A DNA stretch of 64,000 nt, taken from assembly GCA_951406725.2 (NCBI GenBank), contig OX597823.1, forward strand, positions 60,016,001 through 60,080,000. Direction: 5' to 3'. Positions 12,748-25,870 of this stretch are shown here, piece by piece. Numbering within the stretch: the first letter of the stretch is position 1; every line of letters begins with the position of its first letter. The notes beneath the pieces were generated by a model. The model saw only the letters and a list, made by a program, of their open reading frames with translations, was not told the DNA's origin and did not search any database. Both the position numbers and the translations under genes were made by a program. This DNA comes from Octopus vulgaris. Lineage: Eukaryota.

Positions 12748-13380
12748 TTTGCCTCATACTTAGACTTGGAAAGTCTAGACTTGCAAAGTCTAGACTTGGA
12801 AAGCTTTTTTCAGTGGTTCAAGGCTAAACAAGATTTTTAATGCAAGACCAACAGTTGCTCATGCATGTCTTCTCTCCCCATGCTACTGACGTCGTTCAAA
12901 GGAAAGGCAATGCCTAAAATAGCTTGGTGCCAAAATAATCACAGATATTCCCTTCAAAATAAAAAGACCCAGAGTAGAAGCCACAAAGCATCTCATCTGA
13001 AATTCTGCCAAATTCCTCCAGTCTATTGTTCTGGTTTGATATTACATTTATTGATCTTAAAGAATTGAACGGTAAAGCTGACATCAATGAGATTTGAACT
13101 CAGAGTGGAGAGGGCTGTAACAAATATCACAATGCTTTAAAAACTCTACCAATTTGTTGCATTGTATACGTATAACACCAGAATTAAAGTTTAAGAGAAA
13201 TTTGGCTATTATTTCTAGTAACTGAAATAGACACTTTTGGGCTCCTTTATTTACTTGTATTAAAATATGTTCAAACATGTTGGCAGAATATGGACTTCAA
13301 AACCAAACTTTCACAACTTTTTACTGAAATTTCTTATCTACTTCATAATGGACTTTTAAAAGCTGAACAGTCACCAAAGA

Positions 13381-13451
<71 letters not shown>

Positions 13452-13472
13452 TAATAATAATAATAATAATAA
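13381..13472. repeat. (AAT)n microsatellite
   Basis: Direct reading. Confidence 0.95.
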
Positions 13473-14319
13473 CTGTAATCATTCAAAACATGCACTGTCA
13501 TGTGTAAGAGGGGAGCCAATTCAAAAATTACAAAGAAATTAGAGATATTTTCTAGACAGCCTGAAGTATCGTGCACCATTAGAGAGAATTGTTAAAAATA
13601 CAAAATGTCCAGTTCTTGGAGAAGGATAAAGGAGAAGAGCAAAACCAACTCCTGAAATGAATTCAAAATATCTGGGAATTGAAATGGTTAAACTAACAAA
13701 ACTTGTGCCAGTCAAGCAGATATGGCAGACAGAGGGAGTAATTCTAAATATTATTAAACAGAAAAGAAGGTCGTATGTTTAAAGATTAAACTATAATACA
13801 TTTTCTTTTTCATCTTATTCACTCATTTCAGTGAGGGGAGGTTCCAGACGTTAACTAGTGCTCCATTCATCAACGGATTTGTTGCACAAAAGTTTCAAAA
13901 GCAGAGAATGCAATGGTAAGAAATTAATACAGTTCTCAAGAATTTTGGTTAATATAGGCTAAGTAATGAGACTAACACTAGAAGTTGTAAAATAGGCTAA
14001 TTTTGTAGGATTCTTTTTTTATTCTTATATTGCAGGCAAACAAATTAAATATCGAAGGTAATATGGAATTGATTCAATCAACTTTATGGTGAAGAAACAA
14101 TAAATAAAACTTTTTATCTATGAAAGGAATTAAGTTATATTATCTGCACAGCCACTCTTCATATATTTGGTATATTTTGCAAGAACATCACTGCAAATGT
14201 GTGTGAGAGTGTGTGAGCATGTGTGTGTGTATTTGTGTGTATGTGTGTGTGTCTGTGTCTGTGCACGTGTGTCTGTGCATCTGTGTATGTGTGTGTACAT
14301 ATATATATATATACATATG

Positions 14320-14366
<47 letters not shown>

Positions 14367-14410
14367 TTATGTGTATGTATATGTGTGTATGTGTATATAT
14401 ATGTATATGC

Positions 14411-14459
<49 letters not shown>

Positions 14460-14501
14460 TACATACATATATGTACGTGTGTATATATATATATATATAC
14501 A

Positions 14502-14662
14502 GAAGCAGGCATGGCTGTGTGGTAAGAAGCTTGCTTCCCAACCACATGGTTCCAGGTTCAGTTCCATTGCATGCACCTTGAGCAAGTGTCTTCTACTATA
14601 GCCTTGAGCCAACTAAAGATTTGTGAGTAGATTTGTTAGACGGAAACTGAAAGAAGCCCATC
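14502..14662 (+). mobile_element. SINE family A, 5' half
   Basis: Head through GAAAGAAGCCC, then (TA)n. Confidence 0.85.
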
Positions 14663-14754
14663 TTATATATATATATATATATATTGTTCTGTGCGTGGCT
14701 AAGTTTGAGCATACAAACAGGAAGTAAAAACAGGATTCAATATGTTGGTTAAAG

Positions 14755-15061
14755 CAGTGGTTCCCAATGTGGACAGTATTGCCCCACTGGGGGTGGTGAA
14801 AAGTTCCAAGGGGGCGTTGAAGAAAACTGGGATGATAATGAGGGAGTAGTTCATGTAGAAATGGCATGATAATAGGGTTGTGTTTCATGTAAAAACCACA
14901 AAGTATTGGGTTCATTAGGTTGAGTTTTATTTGTGAAATATAATTGCTTTGAATTTGCTTTAGAAAGACGTCTATGTTTGTGATGGTTAGTTGGGGTGAG
15001 GAGCTAAGAATGTGGTCCGGGTGTCAAGGGGGCAGCAGTCCAAAAAAGTTTGGGAACATCA
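14755..15061. mobile_element. hAT-type MITE
   Basis: TIRs CAGTGGTTCCCAA / TTGGGAACATCA; 8-bp flanks GGTTAAAG / GATTAAAG (7 of 8 match). Confidence 0.7.
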
Positions 15062-16346
15062 GATTAAAGCAATATTGCTTTAAACCTTTGCACTAACTCT
15101 GACCGCTCGCAATTAAATGAACTTATTCTAAATTGCATTGGTGGTATGCAAATGTGTGTGTGAAGGAGTGAGAGAGTGAGAGAGAAAGAATCTTTGATTT
15201 TAACTTAAATGCTTTTTAATAGTGGCCTTTTAGCCTACTGAGAAATACCAGTAGAAATTTCTAGAATAATTCCATGTTCATTTTATAGGCAAACTATACT
15301 AGGTAGTGTGTTATTTTATATCATACATAGCAATGTTTTTGAACTACTAATTCCTTATAATTGATGACCTGATAGCTAGTTCTAAGATTCCAATATATGA
15401 CTATTGTTTTTGAAAATTTGGTGACAATTTACCACCTCATAAATTTGGCAAAATTTTTCAAGAAAGAGAAGGAAAAAAAATAATTTTATTTACAAGATTT
15501 TGTTCTCTATAATTACAAAATATCATATGGTTTCTTGCAACATTTGGCTGACATTTATGTCCAAAATAAGGAAAGATGTGAGGAATTATGAACTGACAAA
15601 ATTACCAAAGAAAAGTGCAATAAACTAGAGACCTGTTAAAATCAAATGGTAAACAAAACTTAAAACTATTCAAAATAGATATCAATAATAAGAGAAATTT
15701 GACATTTTGAACTCGAGTTTGCTACAGATCTGCATTCTTTGTTGTGGTTTCCACAATCCATGATTTAGTTCAATATTGTAAAACAGATTTAACCACAATA
15801 AAATTCAAATAAAATTTAAAATTAATTCTCAAAGAAACAAGTTAACATAGATAATTGGGTCAGTCACACTTGACCGAATGAATTACATGTCTATACTTCA
15901 TAACCTGATACCAGCACAATGGTGTGTTCTTCAATGATATTGGTGATATTTAATTAACCACAAAACCATATACATTTAGAAAGAGAAAGCAAGAAGAAAC
16001 AAAGAAAGGGTGAAAGTAGGAGGACATTGGTAAATGCTTCTCTCTATTAATCATTAAATGATCTCTGATGATATGTCTTTGGTTGATAGAAATTTTCCAG
16101 TTTTTAGTCCATTTTGTCTTCTCAGATTTAACTTTTTCTGAAGTTCTTTCTTGCAGTGATAGCAGTTGTCAAATGAAATTTGTTAAGGCATATTTCCTAC
16201 AGCTGGATGACCTTCCTGTCACCAACCCTCCTATTTCCAAGCAAGGTAATATTTCCCCATGGCCAGTTCAGCTTTTCATGGAAGACTGGAAATGAATTAC
16301 ATCAGATGTGTGTATATATATGCACAGGAATAGCTATGTGGATATA

Positions 16347-16505
16347 GGCACAGGCGCATGGCTGTGTGGTAAAAAGCTTGCCAACCACATGGTTCCAGGT
16401 TCAGTCCTACTACATGGTACCTTCAGCAAGTGTCTTCCATTATAGTCTCTGGCCAACCAAAGCCTTTTGAGTTGATTTGGCAAAGAAACTGAAAGAAGCC
16501 CATCA
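16347..16505 (+). mobile_element. SINE family A, 5' half
   Basis: Head motif; a degenerate inverted copy follows at ~16590-16700. Confidence 0.8.
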
Positions 16506-17389
16506 TATATATGTACATACATATATATATATATATATATTGTGTTTGTATGCACACACACACACACACACATAATGGCTTGAATCAACCCAAGGCTGGG
16601 CTATTGTAGAAGTCACTTGACCAAGAATCTACTCAGAAAAACCGAACCAAGAACTGCATAATTCCAAAGCAAACAGTTCACCTAGACACTCATGCCAGTG
16701 CCCATTGGTATATTCGTCTCAGTATAAACCATCATCAGATATTGCCTATTTAAAACAAATTATAAGATTCCATGGATCACAGTCTTGGTCTTTCCCAAGT
16801 TGTCCTTGTACAATTATTGCTCAGTTCTTGATAGTATTCATGTCCACTTCATGGTACTATCCATCCACGTATTTCTTAGTTTTGTTCTCTTCCTCTCTTC
16901 CCATTTATTTTGCAGTCTATTAACTATGTCTGTGAATAATTTATTCTTATTAAGTTTCTGAAATATCTTGGTTCTCTTCTTTGTTGGTGTTTTAATGATA
17001 TACAGAATGGTCACAGACATAACAATATGAAAATGAATGTTTTACTACATTAACAATGAAATGATTGGAAAATTGGCTGAATGAGAAAGCAGCCGTAATC
17101 TGTGATTCATCATTTGCTTATTGCCAAAAGCTTGCATGGGACATGACAGTCCAAAGATGAATAGCACAGTAAGTTCTGCTCGTGTAGCAGTTTCACTGGA
17201 TAGACTCTGTAGCTATATATAAATGAGACAGAGAGAGAGAGAGAGAAGAGTGTGTGTGTGTGTGTGTGTGTGTGTCTGTCTGTCTGTCTGTTTTTGTGTG
17301 AATGAATGAATACAAGACTCAGTGACCATTGGCAGCCATTCAGTCACTTGTGGAGTAGAATCTTTATGCTGACAAATTGAGTTGAGCAA

Positions 17390-17500
17390 CATCATCATCA
17401 TCATCATCATCGTATAACGTCCGTTTTCCATGCTAGCATGGGTTGGACGGTTCGACCGGGGTCTGGGAAGCCAGGAGGCTGCATCAGGCTCCAGTCTGAT
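17390..17500 (-). mobile_element. Retroposon family D 3' end, (ATG)n tail
   Basis: Reverse complement of ...CCCATGCTAGCATGGAAAACGGACGTT-(ATG)n, shared with 23251-23427. Confidence 0.8.
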
Positions 17501-17504
17501 CCAA

Positions 17505-17961
17505 CAAGAGGTGTAGATGAGCGAAGTGGAATGAAACTTCCATATACACCAAATAGGCCAAATGGACAATCCGTGAGTTATGGTTCAGATCAGTTGATTA
17601 TCACTGAAGATTTGGGTATGAGATGTGTGTCTGCTACATTTGTGCCAAAACTGCTTTCAGATGACCAGAAAGACACTTGGGTTTCAGTTGCACAAGATTT
17701 TGACTGTATCAAGAACAATGAAATCTTCTTGAAAACTTCATGTAGGCAAAATTTGATGTAGACTCTCTGCTCAGCTATCTCTGTCATGGTCAATGTGATG
17801 ATCACACACTACACATGTTTCTTCTAAGCACTGCTGTAAATGGCAGAAGTGAGCTAGAATGTTAAAACTTAGTGTGCACACACAGCAGATTATAGAGCTA
17901 ATCTGTGCCAAACGGCTCGACTCTGTGTGCTTTAGCTTCATTACTATGGCACCAGCCCTCA
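17505..17961. mobile_element. mariner transposon relic with internal inversion
   Basis: Minus 17961-17740: TIR-like end and MTEIAEQRVYIKFCL; plus 17505-17737: SYGSDQLIITEDLGMRCVSATFVPKLL (WVPHEL-motif equivalent). Confidence 0.8.
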
Positions 17962-17995
<34 letters not shown>

Positions 17996-18066
17996 CAAAC
18001 ATACATACATACATACATACATACATACATACATACATACATACATACATACATAGATATACATAT

Positions 18067-18103
<37 letters not shown>

Positions 18104-18107
18104 CATA

Positions 18108-18585
18108 TGGTGGCTGCCCCCTCTTTATCAAGTATGGCCATTGCGTGAAGCTTAATCAATGTTGTTGTCGTGCAATGCCAGTGCAAGAAGATTTTTTAAA
18201 GTGAGGAAAAGCTGTGCACTGAGTCAATCCCACTCACTAAACAACAGCAGCCATAATCTGAAAAGAAGAACAAGTCAACATCATCGGTAACCACTGAGCT
18301 GCAGGTTTTATGTCAGAGTTATCCTAGTTACCTGAGTTACCTTCTCCTAGAGGGATGCCCTAACAAAGGCTAGGAGTCCTTCACTCAATGGTTTAACCGT
18401 GCAATCGGGTATTCAGTCCGATTATTTCTATGTCCTCGTGCATGATACATCCTTAATACATTTATTGGATGGCCGTTGACTCTCAAGAGTTCCTCCACCC
18501 TTTGACAGGTTTTGTTTTTCAGCCCGCAGGGTGTCCAATAAACACCCTCCTCACCAACAGGTTGTACTGGGTTACATGTTACCAG
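18108..18585. mobile_element. Unclassified GC-richer interspersed repeat between microsatellites
   Basis: Compositional island with no convincing ORF; family not identified. Confidence 0.35.
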
Positions 18586-18724
18586 TATGTATATATATAT
18601 ATGTATATATACATACATATATATACATATATATATATACACATATATATATGTGTGTGTGTGTGTGTGTGTATACATATGTGCACACACATGCACAGCC
18701 AAATAAATAGATATACAGATTCTA

Positions 18725-19058
18725 TCATTTCCTTCAGTCATTTGACCTCGGCCATGCTGGAGCACCACCTTTAGTTGAACAAATTGATCCTAGGACTTAT
18801 TCTTTGTAAGCCTAGTACTTTTGCCGAACAGCTAAGCTACAGGGACATGAACACACCAACATCGGTTGTCAAGTGATTGTGGGGGTGGGGGGACAAACAC
18901 AGACACACAGACATACACACACATACAAATAACTTAGCTGTTTGGCAAAAGTATTAGATTTACAAAGAATAAGTCCTGGGATCAATTTGTTCAACTACAG
19001 GTTGAGCTCCAGCATGGCTGCAATCAAATGACTGAAGCAAATAAAAGAATAAAAGAAT
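18725..19058. repeat. Fold-back of two SINE A 3' halves sharing the same internal deletion
   Basis: Both arms read ...tagtact|tttgccga..., lacking the tattctatcggtctc segment of intact copies. Confidence 0.85.
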
Positions 19059-19223
19059 CTTATAACTATTTATTTCCCTGTGTATGTGCATGCGTATATT
19101 GCATACACCCACATATATGAGCATATATATATATATATATAAATTATTACATTATATAAAAGGGCTTAGTAAAATAAATTACTTTGCCGCATACTGAACT
19201 CATTAGTTCAGTATACTGAGTTC

Positions 19224-19337
19224 AGTGAGCTAGAATGTTAAAACTTAGTGTGCACACACAGCAGATTATAGAGCTAATCTGTGCCAAACGGCTCGACTCT
19301 GTGTGCTTTAGCTTCATTACTATGGCACCAGCCCTCG
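19224..19337 (-). repeat. Near-identical duplicate of mariner end 17848-17961 with its flanking microsatellite
   Basis: 114 bp that differ only at the last base. Confidence 0.9.
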
Positions 19338-19375
<38 letters not shown>

Positions 19376-19397
19376 CATACATACATACATACATACA

Positions 19398-19429
<32 letters not shown>

Positions 19430-19577
19430 CATATATACATACATACATATATATATTATAACTATTTATTTCCCTGTGTATGTGCATAAGCCCTTTTATA
19501 TAATGTAATAATTTGAATTCGCGTATGATACTTGGTGCATACACCCACATATATGAGCATATATATATATATATATA

Positions 19578-19741
19578 TGACGGGCTTCTTTCAGTTTCTA
19601 TCTACCAAATCCACTCACAAGGCTTTGGTCGGCCCTAGGATATAGTAGAAGACACTTGCTCAAGGTACCATGCTGTGGGACTGAACCTGGAACCATGGGG
19701 TCGGTAAGCAAGCTACTTACCATACAGCCATTCCTGCACCT
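19578..19741 (-). mobile_element. SINE family A, 5' half
   Basis: Reverse complement of the head. Confidence 0.85.
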
Positions 19742-20244
19742 ATGATATAAATATTAACAAACAAACACATGTACTTATTTCTCTTTCCAAAATATGTATG
19801 CATGTGTATGTGAGTGTTATACATATACTGCTCTGTATGCATATGGACACACGAATATATATATATATATAGATACAAATATGCAATATATATGTATATG
19901 TATAGATATATATATTCTGGTCTTCTAAAACAGGATTTCAAAAATATAATTTGTTAATCTAATGCTCTTAAAACAATATTTATTGCTGCCCATGAGATTA
20001 ATTTTATTTTTACACTGTGAAACAAAAATATAAATGAATAAAAATATAAATGATTTTAAAACATTTCAAAATTTAAGCCTTAGTTTATAAAGATATTTAT
20101 TCTACTATAGCCACTAACATATTATATTGTTTTGATTTGATATGGCGGCATTTTCATCTTTCGGGGTTCTAATATTATTTTGGTGGTAGTGATAAAAGTA
20201 AATTAATATCTCTTTGCATTGCAAAAACGGAAAAGGTAGAAAAC

Positions 20245-20310
20245 TAATAACAACAATAATAATGATAATAAATAACAATATTAATAATAATGATGATAAT
20301 AATAATAATG

Positions 20311-20343
<33 letters not shown>

Positions 20344-20361
20344 GTAATAATAATAATAATA

Positions 20362-20393
<32 letters not shown>

Positions 20394-20425
20394 GATAATA
20401 ATGATAATGATAGCAGCAACAACAA
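20245..20425. repeat. Degenerate (AAT)n microsatellite
   Basis: Direct reading; source of the poly-N/I/L ORFs. Confidence 0.95.
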
Positions 20426-20917
20426 TCAAAATGGAAATGAAACTTAAATTGAAAGCAAAATTAGAAATCAATAGCAAAATTATATTTTACTTTTATAACT
20501 TTTAACCGATTTGTCAAAGATAATTTGATTCATAGCGTAATGTGTGCTTTCTTCCCTTTATATTTATGTAGTGTGTATGTATATGTATGTATGTATATAT
20601 ATATATATATGTATATGTATGTATATATATATATATGTATATGTATAAGCAGATAAATAGGTAGATAGACAGACAGGTAGATAGACACAGAACCAGAGAG
20701 AGATGTATATATGCATATACTTATATTTGAATAGACACAAATGTGCGTTTGCATGCACATATTTATCCATTTATGTTTATCTTGAAACATTGGTGCATTT
20801 AACTGCATGCTTATATATTCTTAATGCAAATGCATGCACCTGTACATATACAAGTACATACATGTATGCATGTGTGTATTTGAACAAACATCATATATAT
20901 ATGTACACAGACACTCA

Positions 20918-21432
20918 TGCACAGGTGTGGCTGTGTGGTAAGAAGCTTGCTTCCCAGCCACATAGTTCTGGGTTCAGTCCCACTGTGTGGCACCTTGGTT
21001 AAGTGTTTTCTACTCTAGCCTCAAGCCAACCAAAGCCTTGTTAGTGGATTTGCTAGAGGGAAACTGAAAGAAGCCTGTCGCATATATATATATATATGTA
21101 TGTATGCATGTATGTATGTATGTATGTATGTACGTATGTATGTATGTATGTATGTATGTATGTATGTATATATATGTATGTATGTATGCATTTATGTTTG
21201 TATGTATGTATATGTATATGTTTATTTGTCTGTGTCTGTCCCCCTACTATCATTTGACAACTGACAATGGTGTGTTTATATCCTCATAACTTTGCAGTTC
21301 AGTAAAAGAGACTGATAGACTAACTACTAGGCTTACAAAGAATAAGTCTTGGGGTTGATTTATTTCGACTGAAGGCAGTGCTCCAGCATGGCCACAGTCA
21401 AATGACTGAAACAAATGAAAGAACTCAAGAAT
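20918..21432 (+). mobile_element. SINE family A, full length with expanded (TATG)n
   Basis: Head, core and tail recognisable. Confidence 0.9.
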
Positions 21433-22289
21433 AGAGGAACACACACAAATTTACCTGTATAGAAACGTATATATAAATATATATGGATATAGATATACTT
21501 GGAAGAAGAAGAAGAAGTCGAAGGGGAGGAGGAGGAAAGCAGGAAGGGGAGAATGTTAACAATAATAACAACAACAACAACATCAACAGCAAAGTATCTA
21601 TAAAAAATATATATAATTTTATAATTATATATAATTATATATGATTATATATAATTGAATGCTTTCTGCTTTCACAGGTCTATTTCTATATAATGATCAA
21701 ACTTGTTTTTAGCAATGTTTTAATGCTGAAAGCCATAATGTTCTCCTTGAAGTGAGTTCTATCGACATAGTGTAGTTTTGTAATGCCAAGACTGTCTTAA
21801 CAACTTGAACACATCACATGTCATGTAAAAGATTCAATCAACACTGTTAGTTTTAATGGTGATAATCTAGAAGCATAATTCTATTGGGTTTTCTTTTATT
21901 CCGCTCCGATAATGTAACCTCTTGTGTGATATGTTTGTGTGTTTGTTAATGTCACCCTATTATTATTGTAATTATGTATTGTATTATTGTATTATTATTA
22001 CTTCATCTGCCATCCTGTTCAGACATTAATAAGTACTAAGCCTGCAACAGCAGCAGCTTCTAATGCTGCATATCAATGCTTGCCAAATAGTGTGTTCTAA
22101 CATGCTGGTATTTGCTTTTAGATACAGCTATGTATGCTGTAGAAATATTAAAATTGCAAATACTAAAATATAAAATATGTACTTTTAAAATATGTAGAAT
22201 GGAAAATTAACTTCTTGACACCATAAAAAGTCTATAAAAACTTTGAAAGAATGCGAAATAACTCTTTTAAGTCGTAGCATATAATTAGT

Positions 22290-22472
22290 GGTTTGAAAAA
22301 CTCTTTTGGTTAGAAAAAGCGAAGACTGCCCTTTGCACTTGAACCCACGTCTCCTGTAGACATGGCAGGCATTCAACCAATGTGCAAATCAATCCTTTGA
22401 ATTTCTCCATGCATTTTAGAAACCCTGTTCTTTCTAGAGAGAATTGTGTGTTGTTGATGTCATAAGAATTTA
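22290..22472 (-). repeat. Repeat unit containing a tRNA-like pseudogene (22324-22394) plus conserved upstream flank
   Basis: A-box-like TTGCACATTGG, B-box-like GGTTCAAG, pairing acceptor stem and downstream T5; paralogues at 62871-63058 and 63143-63328. Confidence 0.6.
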
Positions 22473-23250
22473 TATATTTCTCTCATGATATCTACTGCAG
22501 TATAGTTTGTACTAACAGAACGTTTACAATTAAGCGTAGATAAATATTACCTTTCTATATGTATTATGATCTACTATTTATAGCTATATTATCTATATTG
22601 GTATCAAACATACTTTATAAGAGATCTATTTTTATATTCTTTTATACTTTAAAAAATTTGAAAAATTCAACTTAAATTCATTTATTGTATGAAAAAATAT
22701 TTATGAATTCCCTGCAGTAAATTTTGTAAATCATTCACATTTATAGACTAAAATCGATAATTATTATTTCTTTTTAAAAACTGTTTTTTATTTTATGCAC
22801 AAAGTGTACTGAAATTACTTTTATATGCTCTAAAGGGCAGCATGAGTAAATGAAAAACATTTGAAAATCACTCTATTCTATGTTTAATTGTTTAAAAACT
22901 AAACTATTTGTGTTTGCTTGAATTGTTGGAAACAGAAACCAGATCTCTTACTAATTGCACTCTTCTAACTTAATGAAAAAGGCACAGAAAGACACAGCAG
23001 ATAATGAATTTTAGATACTCTTAAAAAGATGGAACATTCATTACTACAACGTCTTTGATCATAGTTTTGTTTAATCAGTGCTGATCTGGTTTAAACAAAA
23101 TATCAACAGCAACAGTTGTTTAAGTATACCTCTCTGTATTACAGTAATTTTATATATTTTGATCTCTGTGACTATCATTTTTACTGAACTCTGCTTTGGA
23201 CATTACACTATGCTTCATATATAGACAAGTATTCTGCTGAGATTTTTGTA

Positions 23251-23427
23251 TGATTGGCGTTAGGAAGGGGGATTGGCGTTAGGAAGGGCATCCAGCTGTA
23301 GAAACACTGCCAGATCAGACTGGAGCCTGGTGCAGCCTTCTGGCTTCCCAGACCCCAGTTGAACCATCAAACCCATGCCAGCATGGAAAGCGGACGTTAA
23401 ATGATGATGATGATGATGATGATGATG
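23251..23427 (+). mobile_element. Retroposon family D 3' end with duplicated 5' junction
   Basis: GATTGGCGTTAGGAAGGG twice, then body and (ATG)n tail. Confidence 0.85.
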
Positions 23428-23789
23428 TAATGTTGCAGAAAAGGTTTTAATGAACTCTTTTTTAAATATTTCCTAGAAAACATTAAGTGAATATTGTTTT
23501 GAAATATAACATCTCAACTTGTTGAATCACAGTTATTTCACATACATATGCACGTGCATATACATTCACAAAACAAGCACATACACACACACACACGATT
23601 ACATACATAAATGCACATGCACACATTCAGATACACATATGCATGATATGTACGTACATGCATGCATGATGTGTACATACTACACACATACATACAGATA
23701 TAAGTAACATATGGAAACTGGTATTAAGGAAGGACAGGAAAATATTAGATTAATAAGCCCTAAAATTCACTCCATAGTTACCCACTCCA

Positions 23790-23975
23790 AGATACCAAGT
23801 TCGATTCCAGGCCGTGACCGGAATAATAATAATAACAACATCGGAAAAATACCTTAGGAATGAGAACCTAGGTTCGAAATTCCCCCAGGACACCTGATGA
23901 AGGCTGGAGAGTACATCAAACAAGATGAGGACAAATGTCCATCAAATGTAAATAATGTACATAATTCCTCATCTC
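23790..23975 (+). mobile_element. Short repeat with B-box-like motifs and half of a hammerhead core
   Basis: GTTCGATTCC and GGTTCGAAAT motifs; CCTGATGAAGGCTG with no following GAAA. Confidence 0.45.
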
Positions 23976-24525
23976 TGTAATCTGTCCCAGATTATAAACA
24001 ACATCTCTGCAATAAAATAATGCATACACAGCAATACATCAAACTTGTAACAAGTACAAACATAAAAGAATTGATGTTGCTATTTGGGATAGGAAACAAA
24101 AGTGATGTACAATCATAGAGGTTAGCCACACTAAAGATATAAATATCTTTTCCAAAATCAGCAACAAGAATATCTTGAAGCCTCTTTGATTATAAACCAT
24201 CATTGATAATAAGTGCCTAGTCACTTATTATCTGGAAGAGTTTGAATTTATGTTATTCGGTATAAAATGAATGCTAAAAATAGAATTTAGTATAAAACAA
24301 TAGGAAACTAAACATCATCTAACAATGCTCTGAAAGCTACTCACCTGATGACATGCTGGTACACAGGTGCTGGATTATATTTATTTATATAATATTTATA
24401 TAATAATATGATATGTAAAATTCAGCAGCTAACAGCTATTACCAATGCCCAGAACCATTTGTTGTGATTTATAATTAGAACTTGTTCATTCCATCTTCTG
24501 GTTTTATGAATTTTTACATGCATAC

Positions 24526-25870
24526 AATCTCACTCACCTCCCACATCATTAAAGTGTTTGAAAGAGTGTTAAGATCAAGGATAGCTGACTTCCTGGAGAC
24601 CCACAAACTCCTAAATGCAAATCAGCATGGCTTTCGCTGTGGCAGGGACTGTCTAACACAGCTCTTACACCACATTGAAGATGTACTCAAAGCCTTGGGA
24701 ACAGGTTCGAACTCTGACATCATATATCTTGACTTCAGTAAAGCGTTCGACAGGGTAGACCATAACATCCTACTCTCAAAATTGGCAAACGTTGGAATCC
24801 GTGGAAAAGTTCTACACTGGATTAAGTATTTCCTGGCGAATAGAACACAACATGTTGTAGTTGATGGAGTCCACTCAAACCCAGCAAAAGTCACCAGTGG
24901 TGTTCCCCAGGGAACTGTTTTGGGTCCGCTACTCTTCATAATTTACGTAAACGACCTTTCCAGTGTCGTACATTACTGCAAAGTGAAAATATTTGCTGAT
25001 GACACTAAGCTCCAGCAAATCGTCAATGAAGAAGCAGACCGAACTCAACTCCAGTCTGATCTATATGCTGTGAGTCAATGGGCAGACAGAAACAAAATGC
25101 AACTGAATGAGGGAAAATTTGAGCTGATGCATTTTGGAAGAAATTCCTCACTAAAACAACCATACTCTCTTCCTTCAGAGGAACCGCTCACAGCCACTAA
25201 CAATATCAGAGACCTGGGTGTAATTGTTGATGACGATCTCAGTTGGAGTGCACACATCAACAAGAAGGTCGATATAGCTCGTAGGATGAGTTCCTGGATC
25301 TTAAGAACTTTCCGGTCCAGAGAACAAGGTGTCATCATACCACTTTTTTCCTCCTTTGTACGGCCACACCTTGAATACTGCTGCCCACTGGGGTCTCCTC
25401 ACACAAGACAAAACATCTCCAGAATTGAGTCACCCCAGAGGGCACTCACTAAACAAATTGAAGGCATGACTGCTCTCGATTATTGGGATCACCTTAAAGC
25501 CTTGAAACTTTACTCCCTCCAGTGTCGCCGTGAGCGGTACATCATTTGTACGATGTGGAAAATATACCGCCAACTTTGCCCAAACGACCTAAACATTAGC
25601 TTCAAGGTTCATCCAAGACTTGGACCATGGGCTATACGTCCCCTGCCCAATTCAAGATCACAACATACATGTACACTGCAACATAATTTCTTTTCCTCAA
25701 CAGGCCCTGCCCTATTTAACATTGCCCTGAGGGAGATCAAAGAGGAAAAGGATCCCATCAACTTTAAACAGAGTCTGGATAGATTTCTTCAAAGAATACC
25801 AGATAAGCCATCCATAATTGGATACAACTCACCCAACAAGAACTCACTACTTGAACAAAACTTGACTTAA
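24526..25870 (+). CDS. Non-LTR reverse transcriptase (ORF2 C-terminal part, uninterrupted, no endonuclease)
   Basis: ISLTSHIIKVFER, QHGFR, YLDFSKAFDRVDH, SGVPQGTVLGPLLF, FADDTK, RDLGV, RPHLEYC motifs. Confidence 0.93.

Noticed and set aside
15400-15800. Possible hAT transposase relic (HLADIY)
   Set aside because: Too decayed to support by eye; needs a frameshift-aware protein search
16060-16100. CTGATGA...GAAA hammerhead candidate
   Set aside because: No stem III, cleavage triplet or stem I partner
21920-21960. miR-190-like TGATATGTTTG
   Set aside because: The match stops after 11 nt and I found no convincing precursor hairpin
24622-25338. Minus-strand ORFs of 105 and 87 aa
   Set aside because: Antisense shadows of the LINE RT
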